Positions 1-10,114 are shown, numbered from the stretch's first letter. The stretch: 64,000 nt of DNA from Candidatus Woesearchaeota archaeon (GCA_965205335.1 OZ242164.1:960001-1024000); one strand, 5' to 3'. The notes: generated by a model not told the origin, from the letters alone. Program-made: numbers and translations.

Positions 1-965
1 CACGCAATAACTTTAAAATCAGAAATTCTATACGATAATTCTTCTGAAATCTGGCGGTTAAAACTAACACTTGTATCTGAATGTGTAACAAGAACCAAAG
101 GATTACTATTTTCCAAAACCTCTTTTAAAATCTTAGAATAAACATCTCTAAACTCCCAATATAAATGGGAAAATTTTTCAAAAACACCTGTTTTCCCACT
201 AACTAGATTTGCCTTAAAATCCGCAAAATCCATTTTTGAAATCTCCTCAACCGCAAGAAGTGCAGTTTGAGGTTTGAAAGACTTAAACAAAATATCAAAA
301 AACATCTTAAATCTTATGAAATTACATTCATACCACAGATACTGAATCCATTTCCTTCTTGAAGAAGCAACCCTCATATCATCAAAAGAATATTTTCTGA
401 TAAAATCAAATAATTCCTCTCTTTTAGAATTATCTATATCAAACATTGAATCAAATACTTTCCTATCATACTCATACAAATCAATAATAATGTCAAGCAA
501 ATAAAAATCACTTAAACTGCCCAAAACAGCATACGGCAGATTTCTTTCATCATCACAGATTCGGTGCATCCAATAAGCACTGCTTCTTGAATCCTTCTGT
601 GAGAAATTCAAGGGATTTAGAAAAAATAGATTTTCATTTTTTTTTTGTAGCTGTGAGATCTTCTCCTTATTAAATATATGATGATCTGCCCATAGAACAG
701 GCCTTTTTCCTATTACATCAAAGAATTCTGATTTAATATGAGGAGTATCAAAAAAAATAACCAAATCATGTTCCTTGCGAATCTGAGTAATTGCTTCATT
801 TTGAAATTCATCATCTTTTCCTAACGGATAACCTTTAAAATCCCTTAATTTTCTAAGTTGTAAAAAACTAGAACTTCCATCAGAATCAGTATCAAAAAAC
901 ATAATAGGATTCTTTGAATTTTTAATCATTTCACGAGCTTTTAAGATTGCTTTTTTCTCATCCAT
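1..965 (-). CDS. DHH family phosphoesterase (RecJ/NrnA-like), partial, runs off window start
   Basis: Manual translation MDEKKAILKAREMIKNSKNPIMFFDTDSDG...FFDTP...WADHH; DxDG and DHH motifs; absent from the ORF track because it is truncated. Confidence 0.8.
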   Translation of the reverse strand, partial: MDEKKAILKAREMIKNSKNPIMFFDTDSDGSSSFLQLRKLRDFKGYPLGKDDEFQNEAITQIRKEHDLVIFFDTPHIKSEFFDVIGKRPVLWADHHIFNKEKISQLQKKNENLFFLNPLNFSQKDSRSSAYWMHRICDDERNLPYAVLGSLSDFYLLDIIIDLYEYDRKVFDSMFDIDNSKREELFDFIRKYSFDDMRVASSRRKWIQYLWYECNFIRFKMFFDILFKSFKPQTALLAVEEISKMDFADFKANLVSGKTGVFEKFSHLYWEFRDVYSKILKEVLENSNPLVLVTHSDTSVSFNRQISEELSYRISDFKVIA

Positions 966-1128
966 TATTCATATATAATCAAACAATTAACTCACATTTA
1001 ATAAATTTACTTTTTTTCTTTTAATGTAAAAGAGCAGAATAATTATATAGTTAAAGTTTATCGTAATACTTATAAGTTCTTCTATTCTAAAAAGATTATA
1101 CAACAGAGATAGGGAGAAAAGAAAACAT

Positions 1129-2469
1129 ATGTTTGCTTCAAAAAAGAGATCTAGTAATAAGAGACACGGGCTGATGACAGTAAGAAGTTTGGTGTGCATG
1201 ACTGATAAGGAGTTGAGAAAAAAGAAGGATATTCTTACTAAGAAAATAAGAGAACTTAATAGACTTGAAAGCAGAAAAGATTGTAAAAATATTATTGCTC
1301 TTTTAGATGGTTATTTTATTCCTGAAATAGATAAAGTAATACGAATTGAACAGATTTTTAATCGCGCATTTGTGGATGAGACAACGGATATTCATATTAA
1401 AGAAGAGATTGAGGAACTATTAGTTTGCTTTGAAGATTTGAAGAGAGAAATTCTAAATGTCACTGATCTCAGTCTGTTTAAAAATAGAGTAGAAATTCTA
1501 AGAAGATATTTGCAGAAAGAACAATTTGAAACTTATGAAAAAGAGAAGAATGCTCTTATTATGGTAGTGGGAATTCAAAGGAATTCTATTGAATATTGGA
1601 AAAAAAAGTTTATGAGAATTGTTTTTTATCCAGGTTTAGTATTTTCTTTCTTGAGTGTCCTTTGTCTTTCCTATAATGATTTTTCTCATAATAGTAAGGA
1701 GGTAAATGATGTAGAGCCGATGGTTCTTTTTGACTCATTGATAAGAAACTATGTATTGGAATCTAATGTTTATTATTATAAAAGTATTAAGATTCATAAT
1801 AGATTAGAGAGGGACTCCAATAATAATGTTGAAATAATCTGTGAGATAGCATCTCGGTACTTCAATTTTGAAAATTTGGCCAATATGGGATTACAAGGGA
1901 TTGTCTTTTTAAACATACAGGATTTTATCAATGATTATGATTATGAAATTAATATGACATTGGGGCTAAAGGATTTATTAATGAATATAACAGGATTTTA
2001 TAATTCTATGACAGGGAGAGTTTTTGTTGGTAGTTTAGAAGGTGAAAGTTACACTTTAGAGTTAGATGTTATTTTTCATGAGATGGGACATTTTATACAT
2101 TTCAATTTAGAAAATAAAGAAGAATTTGATAGGGATTTTATTAGGATTCAACCCAATATTCTTATCTCAGAGTCTGTTAGCATAATGAGATCTATAAGAA
2201 ATCAATCAGGTGAGAGAGAGTTTAGTGATGAAACTATTAATAAGGAGATGGTTACAAGACTACTTTCAATGATATTACTGACTCATTATTTCATTGGGAT
2301 AGCCCAAGAGGAATTCACATTAGATGAATTTGTAGGATATTTTTTGAACAGGTGGGAAGAGGAACTTTCAAAGGATTATAAATTAGAAGAACATGAAATT
2401 AAATTGAAAGAACTTATACATTTATATCAAAAATGGGGTTTTATCCCTAAGAATCTTTTTAATATCTAA
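1129..2469 (+). CDS. Membrane-anchored putative zinc metallopeptidase
   Basis: One hydrophobic segment (IVFYPGLVFSFLSVLCL), FHEMGHFIH (HExxH) and a downstream KEMVTR glutamate. Confidence 0.5.
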   Translation: MFASKKRSSNKRHGLMTVRSLVCMTDKELRKKKDILTKKIRELNRLESRKDCKNIIALLDGYFIPEIDKVIRIEQIFNRAFVDETTDIHIKEEIEELLVCFEDLKREILNVTDLSLFKNRVEILRRYLQKEQFETYEKEKNALIMVVGIQRNSIEYWKKKFMRIVFYPGLVFSFLSVLCLSYNDFSHNSKEVNDVEPMVLFDSLIRNYVLESNVYYYKSIKIHNRLERDSNNNVEIICEIASRYFNFENLANMGLQGIVFLNIQDFINDYDYEINMTLGLKDLLMNITGFYNSMTGRVFVGSLEGESYTLELDVIFHEMGHFIHFNLENKEEFDRDFIRIQPNILISESVSIMRSIRNQSGEREFSDETINKEMVTRLLSMILLTHYFIGIAQEEFTLDEFVGYFLNRWEEELSKDYKLEEHEIKLKELIHLYQKWGFIPKNLFNI

Positions 2470-2519
2470 AATTACTATCCAAAATCAAATATATATAAGA
2501 ACTCATAAGAATATTTGAG

Positions 2520-2594
2520 CGTGGCTTCCAGGATTTGAACCTGGGTCCAAGCGTCCCAAACGCCCGATGATAGACCAGACTACACCAAAGCCAC
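2520..2594 (-). tRNA. tRNA-Pro(TGG)
   Basis: Cloverleaf on minus strand; anticodon arm GGGCG-TTTGGGA-CGCTT; GGTTCAAATCC T-loop. Confidence 0.93.
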
Positions 2595-2610
2595 AATAAA
2601 AAGGAATTAT

Positions 2611-3210
2611 TTATTCAGCATCAGAGAAATCATCAAAGGTGTATTTAAAATCTTTCTCTTTAATAATGCCTCTATTGATTAAGTAGTGTTTTGCCACAAG
2701 ACAAAAAGCAATTGCAAGAGATTTTTTCCCTTTATTATTAATTGGAATAACAAAATCTAATTTATTTGTAACATTATTTGTATCACAGAAACCTATTGTA
2801 ATATTTCCTCTCTCAAACGCTTCATTTAATATATTTTTATCAGTTAAAGGATCACATACAATTACAACCTTATACTCTTTAAAATTATCTAAAGCAGTAT
2901 TTGTTAATTTGCCCGGAAGGTATCTGCCTGTGAAAATATCACATCCAACAACCTTTGAGAAAACAGACAATGGTTTTTTTGCATTTTCACGTCTCCCCAT
3001 AACAACAAACTCAGATGGTTCATATCTTGATAGTATATTAATTAGGCATTTAATCCTTTCATCAGTTATTTCTGAATTTAAGATTTTCAATCCATCTGCT
3101 CTTGATTTAAGAATGAATTTATCTGTATAACTGTTCTTAAATCTTGTCCCGATATGAACCCCGGCAGAAAGATAATCTTCCATAGATGCAAGTGTATTCT
3201 CATTTGCCAT
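2611..3210 (-). CDS. rps2: 30S ribosomal protein S2
   Basis: YLSAGVHIGT, GRYLPGKLTN and IPINNKGKKSLA motifs. Confidence 0.97.
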   Translation of the reverse strand: MANENTLASMEDYLSAGVHIGTRFKNSYTDKFILKSRADGLKILNSEITDERIKCLINILSRYEPSEFVVMGRRENAKKPLSVFSKVVGCDIFTGRYLPGKLTNTALDNFKEYKVVIVCDPLTDKNILNEAFERGNITIGFCDTNNVTNKLDFVIPINNKGKKSLAIAFCLVAKHYLINRGIIKEKDFKYTFDDFSDAE

Positions 3211-3254
3211 ATCTAAAATAAATAAATATCACTTTATAAATCTTAGGTAACTCT

Positions 3255-3382
3255 GGCTCTGTCCGGAAATTCAAGAGAACTTAAAATATTGTATCAATAA
3301 AGCAACTTTTGACGAATAATTTTTTTCTTTGATTGAATATAGTTAGCATAGATTTTGGAAAAAGCAATTTCCGGACAGAGCC
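3255..3382 (+). mobile_element. 128-bp MITE copy 1 (IS1595-like ends)
   Basis: 17-bp TIR GGCTCTGTCCGGAAATT; 8-bp TSD GTAACTCT at 3247-3254 and 3383-3390. Confidence 0.95.
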
Positions 3383-3468
3383 GTAACTCTAAATTATAGA
3401 TTGTATACATAATTCTAAATTAAATCCTGATTAGAAACATATATAAATACAATCTCATTTTTTTAAAT

Positions 3469-3879
3469 ATGTCAGAGGTTAAATTAACACATGCCAGTTC
3501 CTTAAAGCCGGGAAGTTATATTCTAATTGATAATTCTCCATGTATTGTGAAAGATATTAGCACTTCAAGACCTGGAAAACATGGACACGCAAAGGTTAGA
3601 ATTAAAGCAACAGACATTATTTCCGGTTCAACTAAAGAGGTTGTAAAACCGGGACATGATAATGTGGAAGTTCCCATCATCTACAAAAAAGAGGGACAGG
3701 TTCTGTCAGTTAGCGAGGATTTAATTGAGTTAATGGATATGGAATCATTTGAAACCCTTAGTGCTCAGGTTAAAAATGTTGATGACCAGATTTCAGGGCA
3801 AATTGAGGCAGGGCAGACTGTTCTCTTCTGGGAAGTTATGGGTAAAATCCTAATTAAACAAATAAAGGAGGGAGCATAG
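3469..3879 (+). CDS. eif5a: Translation factor aIF5A
   Basis: Hypusine motif SRPGKHGHAK. Confidence 0.97.
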   Translation: MSEVKLTHASSLKPGSYILIDNSPCIVKDISTSRPGKHGHAKVRIKATDIISGSTKEVVKPGHDNVEVPIIYKKEGQVLSVSEDLIELMDMESFETLSAQVKNVDDQISGQIEAGQTVLFWEVMGKILIKQIKEGA

Positions 3880-3886
3880 ATAAAAA

Positions 3887-4057
3887 ATGGGAACTTTTCC
3901 TGAGGCTGAGGCTAGATTATTTGGTAGTGTGTATATATGCAGAAAGTGTGAGAGAAAGACCAGAGTACCAGTTAATAAAGTCCTTGCAGGCAAAGGAGTT
4001 TGTTCTAAATGTGGTTCCAAACAGTTAAGAGTTGTCAGAAAGAGATCTAAAAGTTAA
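3887..4057 (+). CDS. rpl40e: 50S ribosomal protein L40e
   Basis: Manual translation MGTFPEAEARLF...ICRKC...CSKCGSKQLR (56 aa). Confidence 0.9.
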   Translation: MGTFPEAEARLFGSVYICRKCERKTRVPVNKVLAGKGVCSKCGSKQLRVVRKRSKS

Positions 4058-4146
4058 GTAGGTTTGCTAATAGTCTTTCATCACAGATAATGTAACAAAA
4101 AGTTTATAAATAATAAGATTTGACATTTACATATTGAAATTAAAGA

Positions 4147-4512
4147 ATGGTAAGGTTTTTAAATTCAAGAAGGGGAAGAGAGGAGTTTATTGAGGACGAA
4201 ACAGGAGATTATCTTTCAATAACGGAATCTGATGTTGTTTCAGGGAGAGAAGACTCCCTTTTAGATGTTAGGGTGTTCGTTTTGGATGATTACGAGAACA
4301 TCCGGGAAATATTGGATTGTATTCGAGGTGATAAGACTATGTGCTTAATTGACATTCACCTTTTAAGAAATAAAGATCCTGATGAATTAAGAAGAGCAGT
4401 TGATAAACTTAGAAAAACAGTAGAGGCAATCTCAGGAGAATTAGTGGGCTTTCACGAAAACTGGATTTTATCAGTTCCTAAGAATGTTCATATTCATAAG
4501 GGTAAAAAGTAA
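4147..4512 (+). CDS. sepF: Cell division protein SepF
   Basis: Archaeal SepF-like core (ILDCIRGD...LIDI...ELRRAVDKLRK...ISGEL...ILSVPKNV). Confidence 0.8.
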   Translation: MVRFLNSRRGREEFIEDETGDYLSITESDVVSGREDSLLDVRVFVLDDYENIREILDCIRGDKTMCLIDIHLLRNKDPDELRRAVDKLRKTVEAISGELVGFHENWILSVPKNVHIHKGKK

Positions 4513-4535
4513 TTCTCTTATTTATTATTCTAATA

Positions 4536-5453
4536 TTATTTAACTTTGTAACTGAAATAATCATATGCAGATATAGTATTTTCAAAGAATTCCTTGGCTT
4601 CCTCCTCAATTTCTTTAATATCCTTGTATCTCTGGGAAAAATGTGTTATTAGAAGTGTTCCAATATTATTTTCCGCAGCAATCTGGGCGGTTTCGCGAGC
4701 ACTCATATGATCATATTCTTCAGCCTTATCTGCATGAGTTTTGTATATATAAGTTGCCTCCATTACTAAATAATCTGAATCCTTAACTAAAAGATTGATT
4801 TCTTTGCATGGTCTTGTATCAAATACAAATGAAATCTTCATACCTTTTTTCTTATACGTTAAATCCTCTGGCTTGATTTTCCTCCCATTAAACTCTATTG
4901 GAAGCCCCATCTTTGCTCTTGCTAATAAAGGTGATTTTTCAAGTCCCAATTCTTTAGCTTTATCTTTATCTATATTTAAGGTATCTTTTACCTTAAAAGA
5001 ATATCCAATGCAGGGAACACTATGATTTAACTTGGCGCAGTGAATTTCATAATCAGATTTATCAATAATTTTAAGAACTTGGGATGCCTTTGGTTTGTGT
5101 TCAAAAACCTCTATTTGGGCAAGTTTTCCTGTAATTGAACCTTTGAGTGTATGTTCTACAAATTTTTTGCTCTTAATTGGGCCATGAATTTCAATCTTAG
5201 TTACTCCATCTGTATTTGAAAGAGTCTGCAATAGTCCTGCAAGCCCTAAAACGTGATCTCCGTGCCAGTGTGAAATGAAGATTTTTTTAATCTTTCCAAT
5301 TGGGAGTTTCATAATTTTAACTTGCTTCTGTGTGTTTTCTCCACAGTCAAACAGGAAAATATTACCGTTATATTCAAGAGCAGTTGATAAATGGTTTCTA
5401 TCCTTTGTTGGGACCATGCAGGAAGTTCCTAAAAAATGCAGTTTATTTGTCAT
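4536..5453 (-). CDS. rnz: Ribonuclease Z
   Basis: FLGTS, FDCGE, HWHGDH, DTRP, EATY and THFSQRY motifs. Confidence 0.95.
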   Translation of the reverse strand: MTNKLHFLGTSCMVPTKDRNHLSTALEYNGNIFLFDCGENTQKQVKIMKLPIGKIKKIFISHWHGDHVLGLAGLLQTLSNTDGVTKIEIHGPIKSKKFVEHTLKGSITGKLAQIEVFEHKPKASQVLKIIDKSDYEIHCAKLNHSVPCIGYSFKVKDTLNIDKDKAKELGLEKSPLLARAKMGLPIEFNGRKIKPEDLTYKKKGMKISFVFDTRPCKEINLLVKDSDYLVMEATYIYKTHADKAEEYDHMSARETAQIAAENNIGTLLITHFSQRYKDIKEIEEEAKEFFENTISAYDYFSYKVK

Positions 5454-5496
5454 ATTTCTATCTCTTATAAGAATTAGTTGGATTTTATTTATAAGT

Positions 5497-6423
5497 TTAT
5501 TTTAAAAGAGTTGTTGGTGTAGAATCTGATATAATCCCGTTTTGAGTGCCAATTCCAAGTCTTTCAAGTAATTTTGGTTCTGGTCCATAATTTACAATAA
5601 TTGCATTTTCAAACTCTTTTTTAAGTTCTTCTGTAACATCCGGGTAATGTCCTATTTCATCAATAAATCCTATTTCCAAAGCCTTTGAGCCTAAAAATAT
5701 TTCCCCTGTTGCATATTTCTCAACTTCTCCATATGTCATATTGCGATTCATTGCTACATGATGTATGAAGTTTCTATGGATTTCATCTAAAATATCTTGG
5801 ATTATTCGCTCTTCCTCTTCTGTTGGTTCTCTAAAAGGCGAATTTAAATCCTTAAACTCTCCTGCTGTTTGTCTTCTGTATGAAATATTATATTCTTTAA
5901 TAAAATCCTCAAAACCAAGCCCGGCACTTGTTACTCCAATACTGCCAACAGCAGACATTCTTGATGCATATGTTTTATTTGCAGAAACTGCAATCCAGAA
6001 AGCTCCGCTAAGTCCCATATCATTAATGAGAGCATACACAGGTTTTTCCTTTTTCAATTCAATTATAGCGTTTGATATTTCCTCTGTTGCAACAGGAGAG
6101 CCTCCGGGAGAATTAATATCAAGAATTACTGCTTTTACTGAATCATCATCTTTGAAATCATATAATTGATTTGCAATCTCTCTTGAAGAAGAGGATTTTC
6201 CGTAGATGAGTGAATTTGTTTTCTCAGATAGAAGTGTTCCTTCAATTGGAAGTACTGCTATTTTAGGGGACAGGCTCATGCTCAAAGATGAGAACAAACT
6301 TGATAGAAGAAAAAATGCAATAAAAACCAAAAAGAACGTTTTAAAACTAAACCAACTTCGTTTATTTTGTTTACTTTCCTGTGGGTCTTTTCTGCCCTTT
6401 TCAAACTTAACATAATCAACCAT
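5497..6423 (-). CDS. sppA: Signal peptide peptidase SppA (S49)
   Basis: N-terminal TM; INSPGGS, SGAFWIA, GSIGV motifs. Confidence 0.92.
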   Translation of the reverse strand: MVDYVKFEKGRKDPQESKQNKRSWFSFKTFFLVFIAFFLLSSLFSSLSMSLSPKIAVLPIEGTLLSEKTNSLIYGKSSSSREIANQLYDFKDDDSVKAVILDINSPGGSPVATEEISNAIIELKKEKPVYALINDMGLSGAFWIAVSANKTYASRMSAVGSIGVTSAGLGFEDFIKEYNISYRRQTAGEFKDLNSPFREPTEEEERIIQDILDEIHRNFIHHVAMNRNMTYGEVEKYATGEIFLGSKALEIGFIDEIGHYPDVTEELKKEFENAIIVNYGPEPKLLERLGIGTQNGIISDSTPTTLLK

Positions 6424-6513
6424 ATTTTAGCGTATTAATTTGTGTTTATAAAACTTGTTTTATTTTTATGTGCAAAGAGTTACATTTTTAAATATGTGGT
6501 ATCTTGATTGTTT

Positions 6514-6771
6514 ATGGTTAAAGTTAAATTATACACGAAAACATATTGTCCGTATTGTCATGCGGCTTTGGATTTTTTTAAGGAACACAGAATTAAAGTT
6601 GAAAACATTGATGTAACAGATGATGAAACGCCTCTAAAAGAAATAGCTGATAAGACAAATAATCATAAAACAGTTCCCCAGATATTCATAAATTATGAAT
6701 TTATAGGTGGGACAGATGAACTATTTCAGAAATATGAAGCAGGAGAATTAGATAAAATATTGAAGAATTAA
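6514..6771 (+). CDS. Glutaredoxin
   Basis: CPYC active site; TVPQIFI and IGG motifs. Confidence 0.92.
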   Translation: MVKVKLYTKTYCPYCHAALDFFKEHRIKVENIDVTDDETPLKEIADKTNNHKTVPQIFINYEFIGGTDELFQKYEAGELDKILKN

Positions 6772-6805
6772 ACATAAGAGGAAATAAATTAATCATAGAA
6801 AAAAC

Positions 6806-7120
6806 TTAATTTTTTTGATAAAAAAACCCCTTTAAGTTGACAACTCTGTTTTCCATCCCATACTTATACACATTATAATTTGAAGAAAGAAAAAGTTCTT
6901 CAATTAAAGTTTCAGCAATTCTTCCTTTAATCATACCTTCTTTATTTTTCTTTTTTTTATCTGAAAGACCTTTCTCACCATCTGTTATCAATTCTCCTGA
7001 TGAAGATTCTTTTTGATGCTTTCTACATAACGGAAGATCATAGTTCTCAATAGAATATTTATACTCTTTCTCAGTAATATTTTTATTACAAGTGTTACAA
7101 TAATGGACTTTTAATGACAT
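6806..7120 (-). CDS. Zn-finger protein with apparent truncated PD-(D/E)xK nuclease N-terminus
   Basis: CxxC...CxxH; KGRIAETLIEELF...YNV resembles the first helix of restriction-like nucleases, but no catalytic core follows. Confidence 0.4.
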   Translation of the reverse strand: MSLKVHYCNTCNKNITEKEYKYSIENYDLPLCRKHQKESSSGELITDGEKGLSDKKKKNKEGMIKGRIAETLIEELFLSSNYNVYKYGMENRVVNLKGFFYQKN

Positions 7121-7201
7121 ATTTTATTTAAAAATCTCCAAGTTTATAAATGATTTGCTAAAAGTCAGTTTTTTTGAGTTATATATAACCCCAGCAACAA
7201 G

Positions 7202-7284
7202 TGTGAGGGAAGGGATTTGAACCCTCGAACCTTACGGACTGGAGCCTAAATCCAGCGCCTTTGACCTGACTTGGCGACCCCCAC
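7202..7284 (-). tRNA. tRNA-Leu(TAG)
   Basis: Anticodon arm CTGGA-TTTAGGC-TCCAG; long variable arm; T-loop. Confidence 0.93.
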
Positions 7285-7488
7285 AATATAAAACATATTT
7301 TTGAGTATTAAGAAATAACTTAATCTTGTTTAAAAATGTTTTGGGAATATTATTCTATTATCTATCTTGAGAGTATTGCTATATGAATTGAATTCCCTTG
7401 TTGATTATCTTAAATTAATTCCTTTCTTTTTTATTTGAATTGTTGAATAATCATTTAATAGCGCAAGTAGGTGGCAAGTAATTTCAAT

Positions 7489-8013
7489 TCATAATTTTTC
7501 AAGATAGTTTTCTAATTCCAAAGCAAACTTTTTTGCTCTATCTAAAGAAGTTTTTGCTTTTGATATCTTAATCTCTTCAGTAGATTCATACTGCAATTTA
7601 GACCTCTTTATTCTTTCAAAATCATAACTTTCAACTAAATTATTGGAAATCAACAATGCCTCTTCGCTTGCAATCTCATACTCATTTAAAATATAAGTAC
7701 TTAGTTTATCTTTAACTAAAACTATTAACGCATCAGATGTTATTTTATGTGCAATTTTATCTCCTACCTTATATCCTAACTTGTATAACACTGCATTTGC
7801 AAGATAAAACATAGAATAATAACTACTAACTATTACCCACAAACTTGAAGTATTATCTGTGTACAACTTTTGAGCAACATTTAGTGATTCATTATAATTT
7901 CTCATATAAGTTTCAAATATAATTCTCTTAAATTCTTCCTTTCTAATTAAATTTTGATTTAAGTATGATTTATAATTCCCTTTTGCCTCTTTTTCCCTAT
8001 TCTTATCAATCAC
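7489..8013 (-). CDS. HEPN domain protein
   Basis: SYYSMFYLANAVL and R-x4-Y (RSKLQY) typical of HEPN partners of MNTs; directly downstream of MNT. Confidence 0.75.
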   Translation of the reverse strand: MIDKNREKEAKGNYKSYLNQNLIRKEEFKRIIFETYMRNYNESLNVAQKLYTDNTSSLWVIVSSYYSMFYLANAVLYKLGYKVGDKIAHKITSDALIVLVKDKLSTYILNEYEIASEEALLISNNLVESYDFERIKRSKLQYESTEEIKISKAKTSLDRAKKFALELENYLEKL

Positions 8014-8014
8014 T

Positions 8015-8593
8015 TTAATAATACCTTTCTATTAATCTATAATAGTTCTCTATTCCACTAAGAATTATATTATTCTTCACTATCTCTGTTGCAACACTCT
8101 CCCTTTTGGAATTTAACATACTTGAGAATTCTTCAATTGTGAAATCTATAATATGTAAATTTATTGGTAACAATCTCAAGTTCATCTCTATATTTCTGGT
8201 TATTTCCTTATTATCTGAAATAATACATATATCAACATCTGAGTTCTTATTTTGAGTTCCTTTTGCATATGAGCCAAATAACAGAACAATAGAAAAAGGA
8301 TTTTCTATTTTTAAGAGATTTCTGATAATTGCTTTAATGTATTTATTTTTAGATATCTTATCTCTTCTATCATTTTCAACTTTTAATATCAAATCATCAA
8401 ATTTAAATGCAAATTGGATTTGACTTGTATTTCCTAGCTTATTTTGAATTATTAATTTTTTCTCTAACAGTTTCTTTACGTTTGTATGGACTAATTTATA
8501 ATCAGATTTAGCAATTTTGGATAATTCATTAATTGAGTAGGGCTTTTTATTTTCAATTAATATTTTTAGTAGTTTCTCTTGTATGTTTACCAT
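8015..8593 (-). CDS. HTH + minimal nucleotidyltransferase (MNT)
   Basis: N-terminal wHTH; LFGSYAKG...SDVDI motif. Confidence 0.88.
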   Translation of the reverse strand: MVNIQEKLLKILIENKKPYSINELSKIAKSDYKLVHTNVKKLLEKKLIIQNKLGNTSQIQFAFKFDDLILKVENDRRDKISKNKYIKAIIRNLLKIENPFSIVLLFGSYAKGTQNKNSDVDICIISDNKEITRNIEMNLRLLPINLHIIDFTIEEFSSMLNSKRESVATEIVKNNIILSGIENYYRLIERYY

Positions 8594-8641
8594 AACATAA
8601 TACTATGTATCTATTAACATATATAAATGTTTACTTTTTGA

Positions 8642-8769
8642 GGCTCTGTCCATAAATTCAAGAGGACTTAAAATATTGAATAAATAAAGTAATTTTTGAC
8701 AAATAATTTCTTTCCTTGATTGAATATAGTTAGCATAGATTTTGGAAAAAACAATTTATGGACAGAGCC
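8642..8769 (+). mobile_element. 128-bp MITE copy 2 (no TSD)
   Basis: TIR GGCTCTGTCCATAAATT; internal sequence matches copy 1; flanks CTTTTTGA and CATTAATA differ. Confidence 0.93.
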
Positions 8770-8859
8770 CATTAATATATTATAAATAAACTGCTGGTCT
8801 TGTAGTGACAGCATCAATTTTTAAATATATAATCAATTTCATACACACGAAATAGAAAA

Positions 8860-9111
8860 ATGGCAGGAAGAAAACCACTAAATAAAGTTAGAATGAATAT
8901 AAAGATAGACTCTGAGTTAAAGGAAATTTTAGATTCCAAGAAAATAGATAAATCCGCTTATATTAACCAAATTCTGTATAAGGAACTTGTTTTAGAAATT
9001 CATAGAAACCCCTCTCCCCCGTCTCTACTCTCAAATCCCAAATGTTCCGTCGCAGATTTGAACTGCGGACCACTCGATTATCAGTCGAGCATTCTAACCG
9101 GACTGAACTAA
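8860..9111 (+). CDS. Ribbon-helix-helix-like small protein, probably truncated; 3' end runs antisense into tRNA-Ile
   Basis: MAGRKPLNKVRMNIKIDSELKEILD...KSAYINQIL RHH-like pattern. Confidence 0.45.
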   Translation: MAGRKPLNKVRMNIKIDSELKEILDSKKIDKSAYINQILYKELVLEIHRNPSPPSLLSNPKCSVADLNCGPLDYQSSILTGLN

Positions 9112-9117
9112 CGGAAC
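9043..9117 (-). tRNA. tRNA-Ile(GAT)
   Basis: Anticodon arm CTCGA-CTGATAA-TCGAG. Confidence 0.94.
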
Positions 9118-9162
9118 ATTGCAAAAAATTGTTAGGGGAATTCTTATGAAATATTCCCCTAG

Positions 9163-9235
9163 CGCCTCATGCAGGACTCGAACCTGCGACCCCACGGTTA
9201 ACAGCCGTGTGCTCTACCTGCTGAGCTAATGAGGC
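9163..9235 (-). tRNA. tRNA-Asn(GTT)
   Basis: Anticodon arm CACGG-CTGTTAA-CCGTG. Confidence 0.94.
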
Positions 9236-9289
9236 ATACCAAAAAGAAAGCAGATTATTTTATAAAGTTTTTCTTCTTATATAAATATA

Positions 9290-10021
9290 ATGATAACAAA
9301 AGTTGATAACATAATTTTACTGGGCACATCACATGTTGCAACGCAGTCAGTAGAAGAAATAAAACAAGCCATTGAAAAATACAAACCAGAAGTTGTTGCA
9401 ATTGAACTAGACTATACAAGACTCAAATCTCTACTATCAAAAAATCCATCAAAAATGAAATCATCTATATTCACCTTATCAAAAGAATACGGATTTACAG
9501 GAGCACTATTTGCTAAACTTGCTCATTACGTCCAGCAAAGTGTCGGAAAAAATTTAAACATAGACCCTGGAGTTGATATGAAAACAGCATACGAAATTGC
9601 AAGAGAAAAAAAGATACCAACAGCTCTTATTGACCAGCACATTAAAATAACACTAAAAAAATTCTCAGACCTTCCATTTAGAAGAAAAATCTCTATGCTT
9701 GCAGGCATAGTAAAAAGCGGATTTAAAAAAGAAAACAAAAAATACCTAAACTTAAATATTGTTGATGGAGTACCCAATGAAAAAGCCATATCCAAGATGC
9801 TTGAAATTGTAGAAAAAGAAGTTAAAGATTTATACACAATTCTAATTGATGACAGAAACCATGTAATGTCAGACAAACTAATAAAGCTAAGAGAAAAACA
9901 CCAAACAGGTGACATATTAGCAGTTGTTGGAGCAGGACATGTTAAAGGAATGAAAAAAATACTAAAAGAAAAAATTGCTTTGGGAAACTCATTTAATTAC
10001 TCATTTACTGTAGAAATTTAA
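9290..10021 (+). CDS. TraB/PrgY family protein
   Basis: LLGTSHV, VAIELD, PGVDM, DDRNHVM and VVGAGH motifs. Confidence 0.9.
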   Translation: MITKVDNIILLGTSHVATQSVEEIKQAIEKYKPEVVAIELDYTRLKSLLSKNPSKMKSSIFTLSKEYGFTGALFAKLAHYVQQSVGKNLNIDPGVDMKTAYEIAREKKIPTALIDQHIKITLKKFSDLPFRRKISMLAGIVKSGFKKENKKYLNLNIVDGVPNEKAISKMLEIVEKEVKDLYTILIDDRNHVMSDKLIKLREKHQTGDILAVVGAGHVKGMKKILKEKIALGNSFNYSFTVEI

Positions 10022-10114
10022 CTCAGAATTAACTTGATTAAAGAGACCAGAGATAATAGCAATTAACTTTTTCGATTTCAAAACTCAAAATAATTATTAA
10101 ACAAGTCTTAACAC

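Noticed and set aside
637-646. T10 homopolymer in the DHH gene as a frameshift
   Set aside because: Ten bases keep the frame open (QKKNENL).
9133-9161. Hairpin TAGGGGAAT...ATTCCCCTA between tRNA-Asn and tRNA-Ile
   Set aside because: Most simply an ordinary spacer or processing stem in a tRNA dicistron; single occurrence.
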